Origin: Batkoa obscura | Taxonomy: Eukaryota | Direction of reading: 5' to 3' | Assembly (NCBI GenBank): GCA_030770535.1 | Contig: JASVEC010000028.1 | Span: forward strand, 186,001-250,000 | DNA: 64,000 nt | Shown here: in pieces, positions 54,690 through 64,000 of the stretch | How positions within the stretch are numbered: the stretch's first letter is position 1 | Layout of the letters: each line of letters opens with the position of its first letter | The notes under the pieces: generated by a model | What the model was told of the DNA's origin: nothing | Database searches by the model: none | What the model saw: only the letters and a program-made list of their open reading frames with translations | Program-made: the position numbers and the translations under genes

Positions 54690-55997
54690 TCAACCTTGTT
54701 TTTTAGCTGCTTGGAAATAAATGAAAACGGTAATACCAATGATTAAAAATGTAAGTACAGCTAAACCCAAAAACATTAAAAAGAATTTTTTTTTACGTGA
54801 GGCTTTAGCATGATCAGTTGCATACCCAAGTTCCACTTGAGCCGATTCTAAATGTTCATTTGTAGAACCTACATTTTTTTCAACATTATCAAGAATGGGA
54901 TCTTGCAATTCAATCATTGTTGCCATGGACTCATAAATTTGACTTAATTCCTAAAATAAATTCAATATTACTCAATTTAATTGGAAATTTAAAGTATTCT
55001 ATTTGATTATCTTTACCGTTATACTTTTATCAATCATTAGTATATCTTGATGACGTTCTTTAACTTCTTCTAGTGCATTTTTACCACTATCTTTTCGAGT
55101 TGAGTTTAATACCTTTTATAAAAATTAATTTTCTTATACTTGAATTTTTTTAACTATCTATATTACTGCTGATGAAAAAAAAGTAGTATCATTATTTGTA
55201 ACTGCAGCTTCAATTTCATCTGGATTAGCATCTGGATTAGCTAATCAATAATAAATCACTTTTAAAAAATAAAATAAAGTATTAAAACTTACTAATAGCA
55301 AATTGACGAACAATTCTTTCTTTCATGTCCTTTTGAAATTGAGTTTCTAATTTTTGTTGATCTTCAATTCCTTTTAAAAATCGTTTTTTTAAGGCATCAA
55401 CCTATACAATTAATAAAAACTTCAATTTTAATAATTATTGAAAATCTCACTTGTATCTTTCTAATTTGATGATCTCCATGTTCAACGGATGATTTATTAC
55501 AATATTGTATTAAATCTAATAATTCATTATTAATTTTTATTATTAAAAAAATAAACTAATATCCACAAACCTCGAATATGTTCTTTAATTGACATCATCT
55601 GTTCCTTTAAATTATTGCTCACTAAATTAGATTCTAATAAAAAAATTTAATCTATTATTAATCATTAACATATTATTAATTACTTTGATTTAACCCTCCT
55701 TGTTCTAACTCAGAGCTTCGAAGTGTACGTAATTGCTCTATTAAATTAATAAAATACGTTATTTCTTGTTGTATTTTTTCTACTCGTTGAAAGAAACCAT
55801 CCAATGGACTAGCCCCACTACCAGCACTATTATCATAAGCTGTACTACAATTATCTAAGGAAGTCATTAATGGCTTCTTTTCTTCCAGGCTAACTTCTTG
55901 CATCTATAAGAATGGAGATTAGTTTGTTATTTATGATAAAGATGACTTATTATAAAAAAATAATTACTTTATCTACTTCAACATCATCAAAATTCAT
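54690..55997 (-). CDS. Plasma-membrane-type syntaxin (Qa-SNARE, Sso1/2-like), multi-exon
   Basis: RIVRQFAI..NPDANPDEIE, ALEEVKERHQDILMIDKSITELSQIYESMATMIELQD, ASRKKK plus C-terminal TM. Confidence 0.88.
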
Positions 55998-57568
55998 CTT
56001 TTATTACTGAGATTTAATTATTGTTTGTTGTTAGTTATGAGTGTTGTATTGACTAAAAGTAAGCTTATATTTATACTTTATTAATTTATAAAATTAATTA
56101 AAATACTTCATTATTAAATTTTGTTCTATTGATTCTGTTATATTAATTTTTTTTGTCCGCATAATCGTTTTTGAGTTTTTGAGTTATCTATTTTCTCCGT
56201 CTTAATTGTTAATTTATCAAAACATTATTCAAAGCTAATGTTTTTTTATTAGCAAAATTACCATAATTGAAAATTAATTGCATAATTAAATTGATAAATT
56301 CAATAATCTAATTTAATCTTTTCAAGTTTCGTTAATCAATGGGGGTAATAATTATATGATATTTTCGATACTTTAGTATTATATTCTATTTCAACTTTTG
56401 TTAAATTAAAATCAAGAGATTAATTAAATAAATTTTTTATTTTAATCAATAATCTATATGAAAAAATTATTTTGTTAATTATTTCTTTAGTCCATTTTTC
56501 AAACTACTTAAAATATTAAATCTTTGTTTTTTTTATTAAAATCTTCAAATAGAAAAAACAGTAATTCCGCTATCAATTTTGATATTTTTAAAAAGTAGCT
56601 ACTTTTTTTATCCCTTATATTTTATTGATATAAAAATCATGAATTTCAATCCCTTTTATTTTATTACACTTTTTTAAAAAAATATTATTCTTTTCTTTAT
56701 CCCTTCCTTTATTAATATAGATTCAATACACTTATTAACTTTTTGAAACTAATCAAATTTGTTTCTAGAATCAAATTTTTTCATGAATTTCTAGTTGAAG
56801 AAAGGTGTGTATAGTTTAAAATCGTATTTTTTTCTTATTTTTTTAGTTAAGTTTAAACTCTAATTTATTTTTTCTCTACTACTCCTTATTGATATGTCCT
56901 TTTCAATTTTATTTTTCCTTTAATCTCCTTTTTAATCTCCTTTCTTAGAATTTGGGCCTTTTTTTGTTACTTCCAATTTGATGCCTTGAATTTTGTGATC
57001 ATGTTTATAAAAAATATTCAATTAGGCTTAATTTTTCAAATTCAATTCAAGTTATTTGTTTTTTTTGGCTTAAAAACTAAAAATGACTTTTTGTTAGACT
57101 CTAATTTTAAGCTTGAATCTAAATTTTTGAAAAAAATATTGAATTATCATTTTAAAATTCATTAATATTCTAAATTAATAAACTGATTATTAACTTTAAA
57201 TAATTGAAGTTGTTTATTTGTTTTATTCTTCCATTTATAATAATAATGAAACTAATAATTCTTTTTCAATAAGTGACACTTCTCTCTAATCTTACCATTT
57301 ACTAAACTGTTATTTTACAAATGAAGCTCAGTTTCAATACCAAAGATGACTCATTATCAATAATTAGCAACGCAAACAATAAATGAACAATATAATATAT
57401 CAGTTATAATAGTAAACTCAAATAAACTATCAAATTGAGCAAAGTTCGCAGTTTTCTTTACGCAGTAAATAGAATAAACAAACTCATTAAATATAAAGGA
57501 TTATCATTGTCAATAAAAGAGAACTATAAATTGAGTTAATTTTTATTATTAAAAAAAAAGAAATAAAA

Positions 57569-60500
57569 ATGGAAAATCAAAATAAAATAATTGATTATAT
57601 CACTGAAGAAGATTTAATTTTTTTTAAATTTGATATGCCTTTTGAGCAAGTCAATAAGTCGTTCAACGTTATTAATACATCTGAAAGTAATTTGAGTACA
57701 ATCATTATAATCTTAGATATCATTAACTTTAAAAATGATCAAGTGACTTATTATTTTTTAAGACAAAAAATCAAACAATTGTTAATAAATTTCATTTTAG
57801 ATATTAATACAATTCATATTATCTTCAAAATTGATAGCAATAATCAAATAGTAACATTTAATCTTAAGAATGGAAATGAATTGACTAGTTTTTTTAATTA
57901 TTGGGATAAAATGGAAAGTAATAATAATAATAATTCAAATAATATTAATAATTTAATGGAATTAACAATTGATAAAATGAAACAAATTATAAATAATAAT
58001 CCTTTATTGTTTTTATTTCTATGTAATAAAGATTATATTGTAATTAATGAATTAATAAATTATGAAATTAAGGAATGGCAATTGATGTATCAAGAAATGA
58101 TTAATAAAATGAAAGAACAATGTAAATTTTATTTAATTCAATTGAAAATAGGAGTAGAAATTAATGTAATTAATTATAACATTAAAAAAAAGAATGAAAA
58201 TATTCAATTTATTAAAATTGATAATAATAATATTAATAATATTAAAGAATTAAAGAATTATTTTAAATTCAATCATTTTTCTTTATGGTTAAAAGATACT
58301 TTTAATGAAAAGTATTATTCAATTACAATTAATGAAAAAGGGGAAGTATGTGTTATTATAAATAAAAATGAAATTAACATTAATCAATTAAGTGTTGTAA
58401 TTCAACAATGTTCATTGAAAGAATATTCAATAACCTCATTTGAAGCTAAAGAAATTCCATTAAATGAACAAAATTTAAGTTATTTTTTAATTTATTCGGA
58501 ATTTCAATTAGTTCAATTAAATAATATAATAAAAGATATAATAAATTATTGTTACAAAGAAGTTAATAAAGATAAAATTAATGAGTTATTAAATCAAGTT
58601 TTAATTATTAGTAAACAATTAGCAAAGATTTATTTTAAAGCTGGTAATCTTAATAAGTTGAATCTTGATTTTATAAGGGATAAATTATGGGAAATTAAAC
58701 AATTAAATGATAATATTAAAAAGATGTTAATGAGTTTAATAAATGAAGAGAAAGTAAAAAGTAATGAATTAATGGAATGGTATACTTCAACAAATAAGAT
58801 TATAAATAAATTAATAAAAGAAATTCAAGAATATAATATAAATCAAGAAATAATAACATTAATGGATAATAATACAATATTTAATTTACAAAAACAAAAT
58901 AAATTAATTAATGAAAAGTATAAAAATAATCAATATAAAAATAATACAATTATATTAAATAATGTTATCGATATATCAAATATAAAAGATAATAATAATT
59001 TGGAATCTGTCGTTTATAATAATAATAATGATGATTTAATTGGTATTAGTTTAAAAATTGTTAAAAATAAATATAATAATAACAATAATAAATATATTAT
59101 TAACTATATTAGTCCATATTTAATATCTATCAATGAAACTATTAATATATTAGAAAATAATAAAAATAAATCCAAACTTATAGTTAAAGATCAATCAAAG
59201 TATCAAATTAATTTAATATTACCAATTTATTTTAATAATCAAATAAAACAAAAAGAATATATTAATAAATATCAACAAATTAATCAATATTTTAATAATA
59301 ATAAAGAAGATATTGAATTACAATTAAAAACAATACCATTTTTAATATTATCAAATTATATTAATAAAATAATTAACAATAATAATAAAGAAAATCAATT
59401 AATATATAAAATAATATTTAATACATGTCAATTTATTTTTATAAATTGTTATCAACAAAATATTCAAAATCAGTTAAAATATCAAATTAATTTATGTATT
59501 AATGAATCTTTAAATATTATTGATAAAGATATATCTAATTATTTAGTATTTTTAATACAATTATTATTTAGTAAATATAATTCAGTTATTACTCAAAAAA
59601 AATTAAAATTTATTATTAATAAAATTTATAATTTTATAATTGAAGAAAACATTCGTTATAGTTTAAATCAAAATCAATTTAATTTAAAATATTTTAATGA
59701 TATTTTGGGCATTTTTAATATCAATCCATTGATTATTGATGATATGTTTAATAAATGGAAGGAAAAGTATGAATTAAAAAATCAAATCAAATTATTTAAT
59801 GATAAAGGTGTAATAAATTGGGAAAGTGTTAATAATATTAATATTAATATTAATAAACAAGAAGAGTATAATATTAATAATTTCCCAACGTATAAGTTTA
59901 ACATAAATAATTTTCAACTTACAATACCAATGCTTAATTTTATTAAAGATTGTCAACAACAATATGAAAATTATTTTAATAATATCAATCAATTAATTCA
60001 ATTTATATTATCATTTAATAATAATAATAATGTTAATAATGTTAATAATCATAATAATTTAACAATGACTATTTGGCTTAATCAATATACAAAACTTGAA
60101 CAATTTATAATATTTTATCAATGTTATAAATTAAGAAATCAAAACTATCAAGATAAATTTACGTTACAAAATAATTATACACTTTTAACAACTATCATAT
60201 CTAAAGATAAAACAAATAATAAATGTATACAATATATAACAAATATAATAGAAACATATATTAATCAAAAATTAAATAATAAATTAAAACAATATCTTAA
60301 TAAAATTCAAGATAGAAAATCATATTTATTAGCAACTCAATTTTCAATTACTAATGATTTATCACAAGCATTTGATATCTTAAAATATTTTATAAAATAT
60401 CGATCTGTTAAATCATTTAATTATATAATTCAACAAATGCAATTAGATATTCAATATCAATATGAAATTCAATTAAGAATTAATAAATTAAAATTATTAA

Positions 60501-60697
60501 TTTTTGGGGAATATTTAAATCAATCTTGGGTTAATGGAAGAGGTGAGAAAATATGGTATCCTTCTAATAAAAATATTAAAAGATTCTGTTATCCTTTGAT
60601 TTACTTAGACAAAAAATTAAAGATTGAAGTGAATGTGTTAGAGATTAAAAAATTATTTGAATTTAAAAAAGAATTAATGAATCGATTATTTAATTAA
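57569..60697 (+). CDS. Hypothetical 1042-aa Asn/Ile/Lys-rich protein, intronless
   Basis: Uninterrupted 3.1 kb ORF in extremely AT-rich DNA cannot be chance; function unassigned. Confidence 0.8.
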   Translation: MENQNKIIDYITEEDLIFFKFDMPFEQVNKSFNVINTSESNLSTIIIILDIINFKNDQVTYYFLRQKIKQLLINFILDINTIHIIFKIDSNNQIVTFNLKNGNELTSFFNYWDKMESNNNNNSNNINNLMELTIDKMKQIINNNPLLFLFLCNKDYIVINELINYEIKEWQLMYQEMINKMKEQCKFYLIQLKIGVEINVINYNIKKKNENIQFIKIDNNNINNIKELKNYFKFNHFSLWLKDTFNEKYYSITINEKGEVCVIINKNEININQLSVVIQQCSLKEYSITSFEAKEIPLNEQNLSYFLIYSEFQLVQLNNIIKDIINYCYKEVNKDKINELLNQVLIISKQLAKIYFKAGNLNKLNLDFIRDKLWEIKQLNDNIKKMLMSLINEEKVKSNELMEWYTSTNKIINKLIKEIQEYNINQEIITLMDNNTIFNLQKQNKLINEKYKNNQYKNNTIILNNVIDISNIKDNNNLESVVYNNNNDDLIGISLKIVKNKYNNNNNKYIINYISPYLISINETINILENNKNKSKLIVKDQSKYQINLILPIYFNNQIKQKEYINKYQQINQYFNNNKEDIELQLKTIPFLILSNYINKIINNNNKENQLIYKIIFNTCQFIFINCYQQNIQNQLKYQINLCINESLNIIDKDISNYLVFLIQLLFSKYNSVITQKKLKFIINKIYNFIIEENIRYSLNQNQFNLKYFNDILGIFNINPLIIDDMFNKWKEKYELKNQIKLFNDKGVINWESVNNINININKQEEYNINNFPTYKFNINNFQLTIPMLNFIKDCQQQYENYFNNINQLIQFILSFNNNNNVNNVNNHNNLTMTIWLNQYTKLEQFIIFYQCYKLRNQNYQDKFTLQNNYTLLTTIISKDKTNNKCIQYITNIIETYINQKLNNKLKQYLNKIQDRKSYLLATQFSITNDLSQAFDILKYFIKYRSVKSFNYIIQQMQLDIQYQYEIQLRINKLKLLIFGEYLNQSWVNGRGEKIWYPSNKNIKRFCYPLIYLDKKLKIEVNVLEIKKLFEFKKELMNRLFN

Positions 60698-60887
60698 ATT
60701 AAATTAAATTCTTTTTTAATAATAATAATAATAATAAAGTGAAATTGATTTTTTATTTTATTTTTTTAACTGTTTTATAAATATAATAATCAATTAATAA
60801 TTTAAAATAATTTAGAATTTTTATTATTATTAAATACAAAATAAATAAATAAATAAATAAATAAAGGGTAAAGATATACTATTATAT

Positions 60888-60984
60888 GGGGGTGTTTTTT
60901 TTGGTTTCATTATTTTTTCCATTTTAAGCGTTGTTTGAGCGGAAAGACTGTTAGTAAAATTCTTAAACAAAAAAATACATCCCC
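60888..60984 (-). mobile_element. MITE copy 14
   Basis: GGGGGTGT...ACATCCCC, ATAT flanks. Confidence 0.92.
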
Positions 60985-61072
60985 ATATAAGTAAGAGGTG
61001 AAGTTTCATTATCGAAATAAGTTTGAGCTTGTAATGCAAAACAATAATATTTATAAAATTCATTTTTCAATA

Positions 61073-62614
61073 TTATAAATTATTTAATATTTGTTGATAT
61101 TTCACACATAATAAATCCTTTGTTTCTAATTCTTTTTGTAATTCAATTAATTGATTATTTAATATTTGTTTATCATTTGTCCATTCATCTTTCATCTTTA
61201 ATTGATTTCTTTTTTCTAATTCCATTTGATTTTTTAAATTTTCATTTTCCATTTTAATTACATTTAATTCACTATCAATATCGTATAATAATTCTTCTAC
61301 TTCGTTAATACTTAATTTATTTTCCATTTCATTATTATAATTTTGAATTTTATTTTCTAATAAACTATTTCTATCCTGTAATATTAACATTTTATCAATT
61401 AAATCTTGATTTTCTAATACTAAATTTTGTACTGTTTGAAGAAATTTTTGAAAATTATATCGTTGATTCTCTTCTTTTTCATCTTCAAAGTTAGGTAATT
61501 GATGATATAAAGTAGCTAATTGTTCATTTATTTTTAAATTTCTTGAATAATGTTTTTCTACTTCTTGTTGACATTCTTTTAATTTCTGTATTAATTCTCC
61601 TTCTCCTTTCGATTTTATTAATAATTCATTTTCTTTTTCTGTTAATTTTAATTTATTTCTCATCTCTTCCTTCTCTACTCTTTCAATAGCTAATTGTTTT
61701 TCAATTTCTTTCTTACTCCCCACTTCCAATTTTAATTTGAAATTTTCTTCTTTTAAACTCTCATAATCGAATCCTTCTCTCTCCTTTTGTAATTCTAAAA
61801 TCAACTTCTCCTTCTTATCTAATAAAGAGAGTGCTCTTTCCAACCCATCATCTTCCCTCCTCTCTTTCTTTCTATTAAAGGATTCTGATATGACCGCCAT
61901 ATTATTTCTATTATCTTCTTTATTCTTACGCTTGACTTCGAGGACGAGGATGGCTGCATGATGCTGACTTAATCTTTTTTGATATGACCAAATTTGATTT
62001 TTAACTTGCCAAATTTCGGAAATTAATTGATTTAATTTATTATTAGCTTTTTCTAATTGTTCTTCTGCTTGATCCATCATTTTTTTATTACTGGAATGAA
62101 GTTGACGTAGGGATAAAGCTGCATCTCGTACTTTGGTTTCTAATTCATAACGTTCGGTTAAAGATTGAGAACGGGAAGTTAAATTGAGCAATTCGGTTTT
62201 TATTTTATAAATATCCTCTCTCGATAACACTAAATAACCTTCCGATTCTAGGATCGCCTTCTCAAGTTCATTTTGATACCCTGGATCTTTCCCTCCAGTG
62301 TTTAATTTATTATCATTGGATTCATTTGGTGTAGATAAATCAGATTCCCTTTCACTGGATGAAGAGTTTTCACTTAACATATCTGGTGGATTTCCGATTT
62401 CTGAAGAGATACTTTGTTGAAAATAATGCTTTTTAATCTCAGAATAAGTCACTATTTTTTCTTTCGAGGAATTAAGACTCAGTTGTGAATTTTCTAAATC
62501 AAAAACAGCACGTATACTCTTACTCATCGTGTTACTACGTCCGCGCTAATTAAATGAAATAAGTTAGTATTTGAATGTTAGGTTAGTAGAATAAGTTACA
62601 TTAGTACGGATCAT
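61073..62614 (-). CDS. Coiled-coil protein with Uds1 (up-regulated during septation) domain
   Basis: YLVLSREDIYKIKTELLNL...LETKVRDAALSL...RLSQHHAAIL; short first exon MIRTN. Confidence 0.8.
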
Positions 62615-63355
62615 GATTGAATTGTATGATAGGTTGTTTTTAGTAAAAAGATATAAAAATATAAATAAAAGAAAAATTCAAAAATAAATAGAATTTTATT
62701 AATACGTTTTAACTAGTAAGTTTATAACGTTTTATATTAAATTTCAAACTTTAAAAAATACTAATCTTAATCCTCATTTACCTAATTGATAAAACTGAAC
62801 AACGTTTCATGAGTTTCGGAGCATTTCTTTTCAAGTGTTTAAATTCAAAATTTAGCTTCAATCATTGGTTCTTCAATGTAATTTTTACTAATTAAAATCG
62901 AATTTCATTTTTAAACTATTAGTCAACACTAGGTATTTGCTAATTTGAATCTTTTTCAAATAGTAAAAAAATAAAGTAGTTGGTTTGAAAGACCAAAGAT
63001 AAAGTGAAAGCTATTAGTATGAGTAGTTGATATTATCATTTTGAATATCTATACTACTTTAGAATAGGCTACTATTACCCTTTTTTAACTACATTAAAGT
63101 TTGAACTTAAAATTGTTGGGATTATCAATTGTTGGATTTTAAAAGTGAAAACAAGCTTAAAAAATAATGAGTTGTTCAAATGTTAAAAAAATCTTCTAAT
63201 ACAACTGTTTCATCTCTTTTGTGACCTTTTAATATCTTTTTCTTTTAAATAAGCTTTTGATAGGTCGCAAAAGAGCCGCGACAGTTGTAAATTAAAATCC
63301 TCCAACTTTTAGTATGATAAAAGTAATAAATTAATTTTAAATTTGTTACAAATAT

Positions 63356-63428
63356 AGTGATATTTTTTAAGCGTTATCTGAGTGGAAGAATTGGCAGCAA
63401 AATTTTAAACAAAATAGCATATTCCCTC
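63356..63428 (-). mobile_element. Degenerate, partly deleted MITE copy
   Basis: ttttttaagcgttatctgagtggaagaattggcagcaaaattttaaacaaaa resembles the MITE core. Confidence 0.6.
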
Positions 63429-64000
63429 TACATTATTAAAATTTGGATTCAAATGGCTAGATTCAATTTTTGTTAAGCAGTAATTTTTTAGTTGGGGTTA
63501 AATTGGAATCTAGTTAGGCCTTCAATTTTAGGCCAATTTTTGTTGGCACTGTATTGTAGCCTTACAAAATTTAGTTAATTTTAGTTGTTTCAAAAATAAC
63601 TTGGATCGATAAAGTGGACAGCTATTAAACCTTGTCTTAGCTAACATGAAAGCTAACATTGATTCCTTGAGATCTTGACTGTTATCACTATTCTATCAAA
63701 TTTCTTAAGAAGCCACTTATTAGCTTTCCTTTCAAAAAATTATTTTAAAAAACTATTTAGTTTAATTAATGATCCCATTTCATATTAAAATTAATGAAGC
63801 AAACAATAGAAGACATAGCTATAAAAAAAGACAAAATTTTATTAAACAAAAAAAACTACATTTTAAAAGAAAAACTCCGATTAATAATTATATATATTAG
63901 TCGTTATTATTTCAATCTTCAAGTTAAACTACTAACTTAATTTTTAATAACAATGAAATTCAATATAATCTTAATTCAATTTCATTTTTTCAATAGATCA

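Noticed and set aside
63455..63515. Imperfect inverted repeat CTAGATTCAATTT...AAATTGGAATCTAG
   Set aside because: Short, imperfect and single-copy here, with no TSD; could be chance

Overview
AT-rich eukaryotic nuclear DNA with short GT-AG introns. It is fungal (Zn2Cys6 transcription factor, homoisocitrate dehydrogenase); an early-diverging lineage is likely but only inferred. Housekeeping genes occupy about 0-16 kb and 30-63 kb: VPS68, NUP85, RCM1/NSUN5, LYS12, a SMYD methyltransferase, a GRAM/VASt lipid-transfer protein, a mitochondrial carrier, SLC1, EMG1, glucosidase II alpha, SOF1, a syntaxin and a Uds1-domain protein. A transposon-rich, gene-poor zone lies at about 16-30 kb. Highlights: (1) an apparently intact 2.87 kb Sola2-like DNA transposon, with 14 full copies of a ~98 bp MITE whose two ends are collinear with the two ends of that element; (2) a second, highly diverged and C-terminally truncated Nup85-like gene that shares three intron positions with the first; (3) a head-to-head pair of small secreted Cys/Thr-rich peptide genes; (4) a near-perfect 2300 bp tandem triplication that creates a chimeric gene of unknown function; (5) two solo-LTR-like elements, one nested upstream of the transposase. 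Gene calls come from motif recognition by eye, and exon boundaries are approximate. No rRNA, tRNA or CRISPR array was recognised.
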